Below, piece after piece: positions 36,701 to 53,621 of a stretch of 64,000 nucleotides of DNA. The notes beneath the pieces were generated by a model, which ran no database searches, had not been told where the DNA came from, and saw nothing but the letters and a program-made list of their open reading frames with translations. A program made the translations under genes and the position numbers. Location: assembly GCA_973895155.1 (NCBI GenBank), contig OZ316901.1, positions 1 to 64,000 on the forward strand. The letters run 5' to 3'. Numbering within the stretch: the first letter of the stretch is position 1; every line of letters begins with the position of its first letter. This stretch comes from Marsupella aquatica. Lineage: Eukaryota > Plantae > Marchantiophyta.

Positions 36701-36835
36701 CAATATTTATTTGAATTTTTCCTATCGAACAAAATATTATTGACTCAAATGACTAAAACATTATTGAGAAAGAAATGGATTTTCCAAAATGAAATTATAG
36801 ATATCATTGATAGTATAGGAAATGGGGAATGTTAG
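30710..36835 (+). CDS. ycf2: Ycf2 (FtsH-like AAA protein)
   Basis: 2041 aa; GILLVGPTESGRSYLIK AAA-like region; VDPSLISPDRLD; conserved C-terminal LYITYG/YQRWL. Confidence 0.93.
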   Translation: MKQKLPEKKYSYKNLYLGETRKTEILSNSWAKCSLIKLLISKFFDKKIVNLLNFKIITLSIDLRNLGRNCNFILNGLMLFTLPVFFFIYRSNTTSIVEISNFTLAKVHGQNRLGKNYIGIYKKSFQNFNQKMETLLQNIFRRKKKLSRYESFNIIVRFNNKMFFGKRNNSFEKEVNELIYSSDFSKNFLDYYSTTKENPDYLSARKQILKNLENWGESPESLVKSSFFLRKKGNLYLSNYMKIHLWKLFTKNSPQCNRIERKIFKEKSLSYFYIELNNPKLCITLENILSEAIYKFSKYLAYKIRESDIQIGNINFSTEKVDKDINFFDRDSEERNFQFIHFNSFQNLYTDNYNFNWIDRILYLKYAANSKSIFVKRTFPNKNLFSVKIGMNSNHDFYKKFLTNNYIINNFFSKQRIEKINPNFLFFPEPLLIDEFIQTIVSTKIFTRFSKNFQKINQLRNNIESDDLEIISWKLQKYHSNFLQNYSFPFNFAYSIIYQNSLFNKKIWYKVKKKYNRLFVKILGLPSLFLKFRKSFSLMSCIGLKEHLLIQTNKLDIVMDQSNETEEDSIFMRKILIIFGKGSATYNNETKSINGYYTRYNKLLKKTLPLKILNSENIYGNKIFHRYSISWKRFIGKSFIYNVKNVKYPKLGFDIFYCLYGIRNSSEIWAPHKLIKFFKECFPNSGSENITEIANSLQISTNIRNSNVEQNELLTPTLIENFKLGETDPNNSVNYLFSNKIINDEIIGDFLNAFSTRNHILLEWIGKKNILLNSNYKFHFNNALKNFKSNYGENSLFYWEENDTEDNKIIYSQLLKNFFKYKKLNDIFIHKRYLFLGKEISQLVQLKLNKISVFKIFENKLDKTKFLSFSDFHRKILQQTKFDFTEREQTKLETIFTNKELETKKISLANLNNAKIEGYYNLLRFESSTGSVETNNFIFRSLNKIYLSPSLKYSKLRNLGNRIRKRILVRTDEVDNKSNQIEFLHCFERGISVKDSSHIDWFFTYEWWEYSLYIFGVGLRKRFVIIGSYFEYFVNSNMKIIRKNLVNLYGGGKNLYTLDSRWNSRLFFDCEKENILNFSWSDSHSINNFNNLHWAIFSLIAFALLFYQNYFSIFIGSDSVGLWKYFENIKYLTDTSRAFYFTELLHRNKTQSNKTENLLIYFFSNLKHYAKNIRFYLSTKRDLNNWLINNKSLDLSRRKRNLLVQSLITHTRIKEYGFQSYSQSKILNNQLFGYRRNPQQGLSYIRYLSRMFKKDLINYSLHLADKWIFFASLQKIMSSQTLQQTEKFNQKFQKIPISLQLGLSCSKGILLVGPTESGRSYLIKNLAADCSVPLFGISINKLMYNKPDVVTESWMNILIESLRRLNLTLDLAKGMSPCIIWIRNIHELDVNRSTQNTESDPTFSPGILLKHFQTNSLETRTKNNIVMIGSTHVPKKVDPSLISPDRLDRVLNIRFLNTYQRQNQFPILLNKNNLQLNKNLSYFNEFGSRTLGYNIRDLVAINNEISLISLTKNESFVCKDIVKLAFHRQVFGFSHTNNKSNYKQNFKILLYRIGRAIIQNIMIKGSTTNPLNISNYLWKKKFYYLSKWYSEPSMDESIIKESTILIHVLVCLAGAAARDSWVLLEKNSHTSISLDKSIENDLDLAFSILETFFSDFPRLETCETTFLKCRGKKPKIFLTRNFLNIMHSGISAIADKNIVNTRTNSHYESLFSRNKILNQKICEFGNTAWSPRFWRLNFSRSHLFNWIKKLNDFESLHSLRFSEKSNVRRGNQHDQSINKKKEQLFYERILPRVRKRNVEELESQFENILLEEQFEILGFFGSSTQYHMEYRLDNKPKLFIGKRILWDPIASFSRNPHFVFSRREFFVDEEMLRRLYITYGVRRERERSLSSNRIKRFFICRGYNKDLINNLSIRWWNQLPIDQKQNIYTLKRIEKVGIRLKRPQIFTPVYLYQRWLIENIPEKFSRLDLLTHRDRWIKINKLLLDDSFTYNILLESYQYLFEFFLSNKILLTQMTKTLLRKKWIFQNEIIDIIDSIGNGEC

Positions 36836-36900
36836 TAACAGGGGAAAATGGAAACATCTATGTATATATATAACAAATATATATAAGATTTTTATAGAGT

Positions 36901-36974
36901 CGGGATTGACGGGGCTCGAACCCGCAACTTCCGTCTTGACAGGGCGGTACTCTAACCTATTGAACTACAATCCC
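36901..36974 (-). tRNA. trnD-GUC: tRNA-Asp(GUC)
   Basis: GGGATTG/CAATCCC-G acceptor stem; CCGCC-CTGTCAA-GACGG anticodon arm. Confidence 0.94.
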
Positions 36975-37135
36975 ATTTCATTCAATTTATTAATAATTTA
37001 GTTAATAAGATTTATATTTTGTCATTTTCGCTTAAGGAAAACATGGCATATATATGCAAAAAAGAATAACTTTTGTTATTCGTAGATCGAGTTAGTTCTT
37101 TTATTAAATTTTATCGATAAATAATGGATCCATAT

Positions 37136-37217
37136 TGGGTCGAGCTGGATTTGAACCAGCGTAGGCAGTGCCAGCGGATTTACAGTCCGTCCCCATTAAC
37201 CACTCGAGCATCGACCC
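37136..37217 (-). tRNA. trnY-GUA: tRNA-Tyr(GUA)
   Basis: GGGTCGA/TCGACCC-A acceptor stem; CTGTAAA loop; long variable arm. Confidence 0.94.
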
Positions 37218-37285
37218 AGATAGAAATATCGTTTCTATCCGAAATTTCAAGGAACACATATTGATTAGGCAAAGGAGGCTTTTGT

Positions 37286-37358
37286 TACCCCCAGGGGAAG
37301 TCGAATCCCCGTCGCCTCCTTGAAAGAGAGATGTCCTGGGCCACTAGACGATGGGGGC
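37286..37358 (-). tRNA. trnE-UUC: tRNA-Glu(UUC)
   Basis: GCCCCCA/TGGGGGT-A acceptor stem; CTTTCAA loop. Confidence 0.94.
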
Positions 37359-37547
37359 TTAATTTCCTATTTTTATTTTACTTAATTTACTACTTACTGT
37401 CAATAGATCCTCTGTAATCAAAATTTAACTATTTTGATTACGAATTAATATTTTGTTCGTAAAACAATATTAGAAATACTAATTATTTCATTTTCTCGAT
37501 AGAAAAAAAATATATTACTCAATATTTTCTGAATGGGGGTGATTTAT

Positions 37548-38633
37548 ATGAGCATTCTGGTCGATAAAGTATCTAAATCATTAGGTAATTCAAAAATTCT
37601 GGATCGTATAAGTTTATATGTACCAGAGTTTTCCTTAATAGCGCTGTTAGGTCAATCAGGTTCCGGAAAATCCAGCTTATTACGAATTATTGCAGGTCTT
37701 GATACTTGTGATCATGGAGACGTATGGTTACATGGTAAGAGGATGACTCATGTCTCCATACAATATCGTAAAATCAGTTTTGTTTTTCAACATTATGCAC
37801 TTTTCAAGCATATGACTGTTTATGATAATATATCGTTCGGACTTCAATTACGAAAATTTTCGTCTCGAAAAATAGAAAATAAAATCAATGATTTATTGAA
37901 CTGTTTACGAATCGCCGATATATCTCTCCAATATCCATCGCAACTTTCTGGTGGACAAAAACAACGTGTAGCTCTTGCCAGAAGTTTAGCAACTCAACCT
38001 GATTTTCTTTTACTAGATGAACCTTTTAGTGCATTAGACGGTGAATTGCGTCGACATTTGAGAAAATGGTTGAAACGATATTTACAAGATAATAAAATAA
38101 CGACAATTATAGTTACTCACGATCAAATAGAAGCCGTTTCAATGGCTGACGAAATCGTCATTTTAAGTCAGGGTCGTCTATTACAACAAGGAAAACCTAA
38201 AAAACTTTACGATCAACCAATTAATTATTTTGTTGGCATTTTCTTAGGATACTTAATTGAAATTCCAAAATTAAATGAATCAAAAAAAACCTTAAGAGAA
38301 AGATCAAAAAATTTAGCTTCTGATCCGATATGGGTAGAAATATTTGCTAATAGATCATTACATAAATATCGATTCTTTTTAAGACCTTATGAATTTAGCA
38401 TAAAATCCACAAAACTAGATTCAGAATCAACACCTGCTCAAATTAAAACTATTATTTACAAAAAAACATTTATTCAACTTAATGTGTTTGTGATCCCTTT
38501 CCTATGGAATTTAACAATTCCAATAGGTTATCAAGCTTTTCGGGATTTGCATCTCCAATCTCTTATACAAAAAATTTATATAAAACCTCGAATTCGAGTT
38601 TTCTTGCGAGCTTATTCTACGTTAACAAGCTAA
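37548..38633 (+). CDS. cysA: sulfate ABC transporter ATP-binding subunit (mbpX)
   Basis: Walker [19 protein letters not shown]-loop, LSGGQ signature, LLLDE Walker B, VTHD H-loop; ATG 37548 follows GGGGGTGA; alternative ATG at 37533. Confidence 0.93.
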   Translation: MSILVDKVSKSLGNSKILDRISLYVPEFSLIALLGQSGSGKSSLLRIIAGLDTCDHGDVWLHGKRMTHVSIQYRKISFVFQHYALFKHMTVYDNISFGLQLRKFSSRKIENKINDLLNCLRIADISLQYPSQLSGGQKQRVALARSLATQPDFLLLDEPFSALDGELRRHLRKWLKRYLQDNKITTIIVTHDQIEAVSMADEIVILSQGRLLQQGKPKKLYDQPINYFVGIFLGYLIEIPKLNESKKTLRERSKNLASDPIWVEIFANRSLHKYRFFLRPYEFSIKSTKLDSESTPAQIKTIIYKKTFIQLNVFVIPFLWNLTIPIGYQAFRDLHLQSLIQKIYIKPRIRVFLRAYSTLTS

Positions 38634-38662
38634 AAAGCTTATACTTTTTTACGAAGTTGACT

Positions 38663-38700
38663 ATACTATATATTAGTATATATACACTAATATATAGTAT
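38663..38700. terminator. 15-bp hairpin downstream of cysA
   Basis: ATACTATATATTAGT / ACTAATATATAGTAT. Confidence 0.55.
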
Positions 38701-38742
38701 TAGGGTCATGCCCAACCATTGTTCTTTTAACTACTACTTGCT

Positions 38743-38814
38743 GCTCCTTTAACTCAGTGGTAGAGTAACGCCATGGTAAGGCGTAAGTCATCGGTTCGAA
38801 TCTGATAAGGGGCT
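38743..38814 (+). tRNA. trnT-GGU: tRNA-Thr(GGU)
   Basis: GCTCCTT/AAGGGGC-T acceptor stem; ACGCC-ATGGTAA-GGCGT anticodon arm. Confidence 0.93.
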
Positions 38815-38981
38815 TTTTAATTACCGATATGGTAAATAATAGTGCAAAGTAAATTAAAATATTGGTGACAAATTCCTACCATTAGTTAACTTAAGTTATA
38901 ATCTATTTAAAAAATTAGCTATTATAATATTAATATTTACTTCGATGTTAAAAATATATGTGTTGCACACTCCAACATAAT

Positions 38982-38984
<3 letters not shown>

Positions 38985-39016
<32 letters not shown>
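38985..39016. repeat. (TA)16 microsatellite in the trnT-psbD spacer
   Basis: 32 nt of uninterrupted TA. Confidence 0.93.
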
Positions 39017-39020
<4 letters not shown>

Positions 39021-39469
39021 TTAAGTATATAATTGTTTAAATTAAAATATTTTTCATTTTTACAATAAAATAATGTAATTTTTTATTTGCCAAATGAGAT
39101 TAATCAAAATTAGCAACTTTTGATTTTATCTCCATCGTGGTAAAATATGATGATAAAATTTCCCCGTTCAGTAACCCTTGATTTTACTAACTATAAATTT
39201 ATATTCAATTTTTTATATCCATTTCTTCTGACGATTAAAATATTATTTAATAATTCTATAAATTTTGTTTTTGGAAATATAGAGAAATTTATAGAATTAT
39301 TAAATAATTATTAGATAAAAGATATATATAAGAAACAAAGAAAAGAAAAGTTTACCTATTTTTTGGATTTATCCAAATACTGAATTTGAAAGAAAAATTC
39401 TTAATTATATATATATTTTTACATACATTAATGTTTCCTTTCTCAGGTACTTAAAAATAATTGAAGTAA

Positions 39470-41918
<2,449 letters not shown>

Positions 41919-41940
41919 AAGTTAATATCGAATGAAAAAT

Positions 41941-41980
41941 AAGTGAAAAAGATATTATATTTTTAATATCTTTCTCACTT
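41941..41980. terminator. hairpin between convergent psbC and trnS-UGA
   Basis: AAGTGAAAAAGATATTA / TAATATCTTTCTCACTT. Confidence 0.65.
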
Positions 41981-42000
41981 GAAGATGTACTTTCAATAAA

Positions 42001-42087
42001 AGGAAAGAGAGGGATTCGAACCCTCGATAGTTTTAAAACTATATCGGTTTTCAAGACCGACGCCATGAACCACTCGGCCATCTTTCC
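42001..42087 (-). tRNA. trnS-UGA: tRNA-Ser(UGA)
   Basis: GGAAAGA/TCTTTCC-T acceptor stem; TCGGT-CTTGAAA-ACCGA anticodon arm; long variable arm. Confidence 0.94.
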
Positions 42088-42213
42088 AAAAGAAATGAGA
42101 ATAAATTTAAGTTATTAAGTTCATCAAGATGTTATTCCATAATACGAACTTTTTTATATATTATTATTATCGTAAATATTAATTACTATAATAAAACTTG
42201 GAGAATTACAAGT

Positions 42214-42402
42214 ATGACTATAGCTTTCCAGTTGGCTGTATTTGCATTAATTGCTATTTCTTTCCTATTAGTTATTGGTGTACCCGTTGTATTAGCTTCT
42301 CCGGGTGGTTGGGTAAGTAGTAAAAATGTCGTTTTTTCGGGTGCTTCGTTATGGATCGGTTTAGTTTTTCTAGTGGGTATTCTCAATTCCTCCATCTCTT
42401 AG
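42214..42402 (+). CDS. psbZ: photosystem II protein Z
   Basis: 62 aa [33 protein letters not shown]. Confidence 0.96.
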   Translation: MTIAFQLAVFALIAISFLLVIGVPVVLASPGGWVSSKNVVFSGASLWIGLVFLVGILNSSIS

Positions 42403-42538
42403 ACATTGATTTTTAATAAGTTCCTAATATATCATTTTCGTTTCACATAGTATTATAGAATCCGAAAGTATTTTAAGCAAGTGCTATAAATAAAAATAAG
42501 TATTGCGGACTTAATATGGTTTAGTTCAATATGAAACC

Positions 42539-42582
42539 ATATCTATATATATCTATATTTCCATATAGATATATATAGATAT
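42539..42582. repeat. 20-bp AT-rich inverted repeat in the psbZ-trnG spacer
   Basis: ATATCTATATATATCTATAT-TTCC-ATATAGATATATATAGATAT. Confidence 0.75.
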
Positions 42583-42614
42583 ATATATAAGTGTAGATAT
42601 ATAATAAGCTAATT

Positions 42615-42685
42615 GCGGGTATAGTTTAATGGTAAAATTCCTCCTTGCCAAGGAGAAGACGCGGGTTCGATTCCCGCTACCCGCC
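42615..42685 (+). tRNA. trnG-GCC: tRNA-Gly(GCC)
   Basis: GCGGGTA/TACCCGC-C acceptor stem; CCTCC-TTGCCAA-GGAGA region. Confidence 0.93.
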
Positions 42686-42712
42686 CAAATGAATATGGAA
42701 AAGCGTAAGATA

Positions 42713-42786
42713 TGGCGGAGACAGGATTCGAACCTGTGACCTCAAGGTTATGAGCCTTGCGAGCTACCAGACTGCTCTACCCCGCG
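42713..42786 (-). tRNA. trnfM-CAU: initiator tRNA-fMet(CAU)
   Basis: CGCGGGGTAGAGC...CAAGG-CTCATAA-CCTTG; unpaired C1. Confidence 0.94.
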
Positions 42787-42874
42787 GTTGCACATGAGAA
42801 TAATAGCCTTTTCAAGAGATACTATGCAAGTCATAACCCCCCCCTAAGAGGGGGTTCAATTCTTGATTTTTTTT

Positions 42875-43177
42875 TCACCAACTAGATTTAGTGACTCCCG
42901 GCAATAGACATGCATGAGCCATTTCACGAAGTAAATGTCTAGATAAACCAAAATCACGGTAATTGGCCCTGGGCCTACCAGTGATTAGGCGACGACGATG
43001 TAGACGGCTAGGTGCACTATTTCGAGGTAAGGATTGTAATTTCCTACGAATTTCCCATTTTTTTTCTAACGGTAAAGTTTTATTAATACCTTTTTTCAGT
43101 GAGTCACGTAGAAAATGATATTTTTTCTCCAATTCTTGTCTTTTCTTTTCCCTCTGAATAAGACTTTTTCTCGCCAT
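42875..43177 (-). CDS. rps14: ribosomal protein S14
   Basis: 100 aa [13 protein letters not shown]...LPGVTKSSW. Confidence 0.96.
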   Translation of the reverse strand: MARKSLIQREKKRQELEKKYHFLRDSLKKGINKTLPLEKKWEIRRKLQSLPRNSAPSRLHRRRLITGRPRANYRDFGLSRHLLREMAHACLLPGVTKSSW

Positions 43178-43223
43178 AATTATTTTATAATAAAACTTTT
43201 TTTATTTTGAATTCAATGATAAT

Positions 43224-47785
<4,562 letters not shown>

Positions 47786-48033
47786 TTAATTTTTCTTTCA
47801 ATCTCTTTCTCAGTTTGAAACTGGGGCAATTACGATACAGAAATTACCTAGGCAGGTCTTCAAATTTATTATGACACAATTTCAAGGTGCTTAATGGGCC
47901 ATTAAAGAGTTTTGAAATTTATTCTTTTTAATATCACATTTTTTCTAGATAGAAATGCAATTGATATATTCACATAATTTCCAATGATTTCTACGTTTTT
48001 TCTAAAAATCATTGAAAATTACATGAATATCGA

Positions 48034-49873
48034 CTAAAAACGACCCGTCATTTTTAACCAGTTATGAGCTTCAATATAATTACTTGGGGCAAGTAATATT
48101 GCTTGTTTCCAATAATCAGCAGCTTGATCGAACCAAGTTTCGGAAGCTTCCAGGTCTCCGCATTGAATGGCTTGTTCTCCTCGGTCAAGATAGGTAAATA
48201 CCTTCTTTTAGAACCGTACTTGAGAGTTTCCCGTCTCATACGGCTCGGATAATAAATTTTTCGATTTACTCCTATATCGTTCAGTTGAAATATCCTTTTT
48301 TTCTGATTCTACTAGAAATAAATGAAAAAAGTTATTGAACTAAGTTTTAATTTTATTTTTCTACGAAAAATATAAATTTATCTTTTCTCCCACCATGAAA
48401 TAAAAATTATGGTTTATAAATTTTTTATTTCATGGTAACTATCCTAGCAAATACTATAGAAACTTTTTATTATTCAAATTTTTGCTAAATTTAAAGTTAG
48501 TCATGTCTTTAGGATCTGGTTCTACACCACTGTTTTATTAACTAATCAAATCAATTTTAATTACAGAAACTAATTCAAAACTTTCGCAAATAAACAGAAT
48601 GTTATTGTATCGACTCAAAATTTTTCAATAAGTGATCTTTATGATGCTTTTGTCGGTCCATTCAATTATCCATAGAGCTAATAGGCTTTCTCAGCATAGT
48701 CGGGTTGCAATAATTATTTTCTACAGCTATAAAAATTCTATATTTCGAGATTAATATGTAGATACCCTCCGATTTTTTTTGTTTATCGAATAGTTGTTTT
48801 TAACTAATGGAATCTATAATACAGATAGTCGCACGTAATGACAGATCACTGCCATATTATTAAAAGCTTGAGGCAATGAAGGATTTCGTTCCAAAGCTTG
48901 AAAATAGTATTCTAAAGCTTTAGCGTGTTCTCCATTACTTGTATGTATAAGACCTATATTGTAAAGTATATAACTCCGGTCATATGGATCAATTTCTAAA
49001 CGCATTGCTTCGTAATAATTTTGTAAAGCTTCCGCATACTCTCCCTCAGATTGGGCTGACATTCGTTACGGTTGTATATAAACTCCGCTTCAAAACCGTA
49101 CGTGAAATTTGAACTTCATACGGCTTCTCATTCTCATATTATATGAATAATTGTCGTTTATGGTAATATTATCATTCTGATGAATAATGTTTTTTGAACC
49201 AAAATCATAGAATATTTGGGCTAGTGTTCTTATGAAAAATCTCTAACCATCCTTATTTATATAGATATTTTTCTAATAGATGGTTAATCTATCAAAATCT
49301 ATTCTTGTATAATTTCCTCGTTCTCAGTGCCTAGTATTTTATAAGAAGTAGCTGATATGACAATCTCCGATGATTTTTCGGGTACCCAAAATACAAATGA
49401 GATGGAAATTTGTTTACCCAACCATATATTTGATATTGACTCAATTCCGGATTGTAACGAAGCTTTTGTATTGTCAATTTCTACATGTAACCCTCTCCAC
49501 CATATGTATGCCTATAAATATTAAAATTTTATGAAAATTTTTCGGATATGTCGTAAAATACATTATAGGTTTGACCTTATGCTCGATACCGCAATTTAGC
49601 ATCTAAGGTTACTTTAATCGAGGGTACTCGACAGAAGGTATTTGTTTTATCGAGAAATTTAACCTTCACTAAGCATAAGTATTTATTAAACTTTTAGAAT
49701 AATATTCTGTATTAAATTTATTCGCGGTTCAATCAAACTCGAGTCACACCATCTCTATAATAAGTAAATGCTTCCTTTTCGCGTTGCGTCGTCGGAATTA
49801 CTTGTAATAAAATATCGGCAACAATTGTGAAAGTCTTATCAATAAAATTATCATTTTTTTGAGATCTAGGCAT
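48034..49873 (-). CDS. ycf3: PSI assembly TPR protein Ycf3; exons 49750..49873, 48835..49064, 48034..48183
   Basis: [15 protein letters not shown]...YYRDG|[13 protein letters not shown]...AVICHY|RGEQAI; both introns start GTGYG and have domain V; 167 aa. Confidence 0.94.
48184..48834 (-). other. ycf3: group II intron 2 of ycf3
   Basis: GTGCG start, domain V GAGCCGTATGAGACGGGAAACTCTCAAGTACGGTTC, ...TTGAC end. Confidence 0.88.
49065..49749 (-). other. ycf3: group II intron 1 of ycf3
   Basis: GTGTG start, domain V GAAGCCGTATG...GTACGGTTT, ...GTAAC end. Confidence 0.88.
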
Positions 49874-50139
49874 ATTTAATCATAAATTTATTAGAATTAC
49901 ATTAATCACTTTCTTTTCTTCCTTGGAAAAACCACAAATTTTTTTCGATATTTATCGTGAGAATAAAATAATATATATTAAAGATGTAAAAGCTTTTCGT
50001 CAAAAATGTTTTTGAATCAAAATGATTATTTGTATATGTATTTTATGGAATGTAATATTAATTACGGTTAGAGATACAAATAATTGAAAAAAATTGTTTT
50101 AATCTAGATTTTTAGGGTATAATATAGAAAAATATGTTT

Positions 50140-50226
50140 GGAAGGATGGTTGAGTGGTTTAAAATGCAGCATTGGAAATGCTGTGTAGACAAAAGTCTAC
50201 CGAGGGTTCAAATCCCTCTCTTTCCT
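50140..50226 (+). tRNA. trnS-GGA: tRNA-Ser(GGA)
   Basis: GGAAGGA/TCTTTCC-T acceptor stem; CAGCA-TTGGAAA-TGCTG anticodon arm; long variable arm. Confidence 0.9.
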
Positions 50227-50284
50227 CACAAGTTTCAGTTCGTTTATACGAATGAAGGAATCCATTTATTTGAAAATAAGAATA

Positions 50285-50893
50285 TTATACTTGACGAGAA
50301 TAATATTCAACAACTAGTAATTCATTAATTTTTAAGTTAATCCACTCACGATTAATCGTCTGATTAACGGATCCTCGTAATTCTATAGAATCGAAGGTCA
50401 AATGACTTGGTATTTTTAATTTTTGAAACAAATTTATATTTTTGGTAATTATTGATTGAGATTTCTGTTTATTTTTTACTGTGATAATATCACCAAGTTC
50501 ACAACTGTAACTGGGAATATCAACTATATCATTATTTACTGAGATATGTCTATGATTAACCAATTGCCTTGCTCCCGGGATTGTGGAAGCCATGCCCAAA
50601 CGAAAAATTGTATTATCCAGACGCATTTCAAGTAATTGTAATAGTACTTGACCTGTCGAACCTTTCGCTTTTCTAGCAATACGTACATATTTCAATAATT
50701 GTCGCTCCGTTAACCCATAATGAAACCGTAATTTTTGTTTCTCCTCCAACCGAATTCGATATTGAGAAACTTTTTTATTAGAAGTTGAGCGATCGATATA
50801 ACTAGATTTTGGTTTGAGTGTTTTACCAGTCAAACCCGGTAAAGCTCCCAGACGACGTATTATTTTTACACGAGGTCCTCGATAACGGGACAT
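50285..50893 (-). CDS. rps4: ribosomal protein S4
   Basis: 202 aa [16 protein letters not shown]...LLEMRLDN...[10 protein letters not shown]. Confidence 0.97.
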   Translation of the reverse strand: MSRYRGPRVKIIRRLGALPGLTGKTLKPKSSYIDRSTSNKKVSQYRIRLEEKQKLRFHYGLTERQLLKYVRIARKAKGSTGQVLLQLLEMRLDNTIFRLGMASTIPGARQLVNHRHISVNNDIVDIPSYSCELGDIITVKNKQKSQSIITKNINLFQKLKIPSHLTFDSIELRGSVNQTINREWINLKINELLVVEYYSRQV

Positions 50894-51043
50894 AAGAACT
50901 CCTTAAATGTTAAATTGATACTAAATAAATGACATGGAATAGTAAATATGGGAAATTTCTGCATAAATATTGATATTTCAAAAGATTATAATAGTCAATT
51001 AGGAGCTGGAAAAAAATAATAAGAATTAGGTAAGGAAAATATA

Positions 51044-51116
51044 GGCCCGCTATCGGAGTCGAACCGATGACCATCGCATTACAAGTGCGATGCTCTGACC
51101 TCTGAGCTAAACAGGC
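51044..51116 (-). tRNA. trnT-UGU: tRNA-Thr(UGU)
   Basis: TCGCA-CTTGTAA-TGCGA anticodon arm; full cloverleaf. Confidence 0.94.
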
Positions 51117-51378
51117 TTTCAAGCATATATTTAGTATTTCCATATTAACCACTTCGACAAGTACGACTTTATGGTCTAAATATTGATGTATTTAACAATA
51201 CGCAAATATTATATATATATAAGCGAGAAAAAACAAGCATAAATTTTTCATTTATTTTTAAGTGATTCGAAAACGTATTGCATAACCTGAGAGAAAGAAC
51301 GATAATTTGTCTTAATAGAGATATACCAAATGTTTTTTATTCCAAAATTAGTTAACTATTGGAAATGAAAAGAAGAGA

Positions 51379-51754
51379 GGGGGTATGGCGAAATTGGTAG
51401 ACGCTGCGGACTTAATTTGATTGAGCTTTGGTCAAGAAATTGACTAAGTGATTGTTTCCAGATTCAGGGAAACCTAGGTTGTGGAAAAAACATAATAGGG
51501 AATCCTGAGCCAAATTTTGTTTACGAAATAGGTGCAGAGACTCAAAGGAAACTATCCGATTGAAAAAACTATAATATTAAAAAAGAAATGTAAATACCAT
51601 TATTTAATAATTTTTTATTATAAATCGTGTTAGATAAGGATAAAGATAGAGTCCATTTTTACATGCTACATTTAATTAGCAACGATGTAAATCGTCGTAA
51701 AAAGAAAATCCGTTGGCTTTTTAGACCGTGAGGGTTCAAGTCCCTCTACCCCCA
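51379..51754 (+). tRNA. trnL-UAA: tRNA-Leu(UAA) with a group I intron; exons 51379..51413 and 51705..51754
   Basis: GGGGGTATGGCGAAATTGGTAGACGCTGCGGACTT|...G|AAAATCCG; group I core elements TTCAGGGAAACC, AATCCTGAGCC, GTGCAGAGACTC, GATAGAGTCC; 291-nt intron. Confidence 0.95.
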
Positions 51755-51778
51755 CAATAAATTGAATCTCTTGTAATG

Positions 51779-51808
51779 TTGACATAATTTCTATTTCTAT
51801 GTTAGAAT
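51779..51808 (+). promoter_or_regulatory. PEP-type promoter of trnF
   Basis: TTGACA, 18 nt spacer, TAGAAT, just upstream of trnF. Confidence 0.65.
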
Positions 51809-51824
51809 TACACATCCGAAAATT

Positions 51825-51830
51825 GCCGGA

Positions 51831-51866
<36 letters not shown>

Positions 51867-51897
51867 CGTGTCACCAGTTCAAATCTGGTTTCTGGCA
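51825..51897 (+). tRNA. trnF-GAA: tRNA-Phe(GAA)
   Basis: GCCGGAA/TTCTGGC-A acceptor stem; GAGGA-CTGAAAA-TCCTC anticodon arm. Confidence 0.95.
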
Positions 51898-51927
51898 TGT
51901 ATCTATGAATATATATAGGTTTCTTCC

Positions 51928-51953
51928 ATATGTATTACATATGTAATACATAT
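51928..51953. terminator. 26-bp palindrome between convergent trnF and ndhJ
   Basis: ATATGTATTACAT|ATGTAATACATAT. Confidence 0.6.
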
Positions 51954-51987
51954 ATATTACATATACGTATTACATATTTTTTGATCA

Positions 51988-52497
51988 CTAATATGCATCT
52001 TGCAATTCATAAAAATCAGGTATAACGTAGTCTTTGCGTAATGGCCAACCTATCCAACTATCGGGCATTAAAATGCGTTTAAGGTTCGGATGATTGTCGT
52101 AAAGAATTCCGAACATATCATGACATTCACGTTCTTGAAAATCAGCACTTTTCCATATCCAAAAAACAGATGGAATCACTGGATTCTTTCTCGATACAAA
52201 AATTTTAATACATACTTCTTCCGGTTGGTCTGCATTATCATAGACCTTTGTTAAATGATATACACTAGCTAATAAACCGCCTGGTTCAACATCGTACGCG
52301 CATTGCGAACGGAGATAATTGAAACCATAAGCATATATCGAAACGGCCAGAGAAGGCCAATCTTGCGATCTTATTTGTAAAGTTTCGATACCTTGGTAAT
52401 CAAAACCTAAAGGTCTATGGGTCAACCCATGTTTGATTAACCAAATAGATAATCTTCCGTGTATTTTACTAGTACTATCGTTTGCAGCTTCTATCAT
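51988..52497 (-). CDS. ndhJ: NADH dehydrogenase subunit J
   Basis: 169 aa; [13 protein letters not shown]; [10 protein letters not shown]; GWPLRKDY. Confidence 0.96.
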   Translation of the reverse strand: MIEAANDSTSKIHGRLSIWLIKHGLTHRPLGFDYQGIETLQIRSQDWPSLAVSIYAYGFNYLRSQCAYDVEPGGLLASVYHLTKVYDNADQPEEVCIKIFVSRKNPVIPSVFWIWKSADFQERECHDMFGILYDNHPNLKRILMPDSWIGWPLRKDYVIPDFYELQDAY

Positions 52498-52509
52498 ATT
52501 ATATAAAAA

Positions 52510-53268
52510 TTATAAATTATTTTTTTTTCGAGGAGGTATCAAGATTTCGGTTTGCTCTTCGATTTTTTCGAACGAAATTTTGGAACTTCTTCCAGATTGA
52601 AAAAAGTTATTCGATAATTGTTGATTAGATCTTTCTTTATTAATACTTGGGAGTGAAGCAAATTGATGGGTTAGAGTAAAGTATCTTTCACCTTGTTTAA
52701 ATTTTTTTCGATCGTTATATGCTTCTTGAGCCACCCTTTTACGGAGTTTTATTATAGCATCAATAATAGCTTCCGGTTTGGGTGGACAACCAGGTAAATA
52801 AACGTCAACAGGAATTAATTTATCTACTCCACGGACTGTAGTGTAAGAATCTGTACTAAACATACCGCCCGTGATTGTACAAGCCCCCATCGCAATAACA
52901 TATTTCGGTTCCGGCATCTGCTCATATAGCCTAACTAAAGATGGAGCCATTTTCATGGTAACGGTTCCGGCTGTTATGATTAGATCCGCTTGTCTAGGAC
53001 TCGATCTGGGAACTAAGCCATAACGATCGAAATCAAATCGTGAACCTATCAATGAAGCGAATTCAATGAAACAACAACTTGTGCCGTAGAGAAGCGGCCA
53101 TAAACTTGAAAGCCTAGCCCAATTTGAAAAATCATTAAAAGTCGTTAGAATAATCGAATTTGTAAACGTTTTATCAAGTGACGAAAATTGTATATCGTTC
53201 ATGATTTTTTTTGGTAATCCGTCCCCCAAATTATTTTCGGAAAGATCATTTATAAAATTTACAACCAT
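52510..53268 (-). CDS. ndhK: NADH dehydrogenase subunit K
   Basis: [15 protein letters not shown]; [11 protein letters not shown]; the start overlapping the ndhC end by 10 nt was chosen. Confidence 0.93.
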   Translation of the reverse strand: MVVNFINDLSENNLGDGLPKKIMNDIQFSSLDKTFTNSIILTTFNDFSNWARLSSLWPLLYGTSCCFIEFASLIGSRFDFDRYGLVPRSSPRQADLIITAGTVTMKMAPSLVRLYEQMPEPKYVIAMGACTITGGMFSTDSYTTVRGVDKLIPVDVYLPGCPPKPEAIIDAIIKLRKRVAQEAYNDRKKFKQGERYFTLTHQFASLPSINKERSNQQLSNNFFQSGRSSKISFEKIEEQTEILIPPRKKNNL

Positions 53269-53621
53269 TCCAATGCTCCTTTCCGCCATGCATAGATTAA
53301 ACCAATAATGAGAATAGAAATAAAAATGAAAGCTTCTATAAAAGAGACTATCCCGAATTCGTAAAAACTCATAGCCCATGGGTAGAGAAAAACTGTTTCA
53401 ACGTCAAAGACCACAGAGACTAAAGCAAACATGTAGTAACGAATTTGAAATTGGATACGAGCGCCTCCCGTAGGTTCTATGCCTGATTCATAAGTGGTCC
53501 ATTTTTCTGGTCCTTTATTTTCAGGGGTTATCAATTTTGAGATTGAGAAAATTAGAATGATAGAAAGAGTAAGTATTAATAGAAATATCCAAAAATATTC
53601 ATATTTTTGAGACTGGAACAT
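53259..53621 (-). CDS. ndhC: NADH dehydrogenase subunit 3
   Basis: 120 aa; YESGIEP; [12 protein letters not shown]; AWRKGALEW. Confidence 0.96.
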   Translation of the reverse strand: MFQSQKYEYFWIFLLILTLSIILIFSISKLITPENKGPEKWTTYESGIEPTGGARIQFQIRYYMFALVSVVFDVETVFLYPWAMSFYEFGIVSFIEAFIFISILIIGLIYAWRKGALEWL

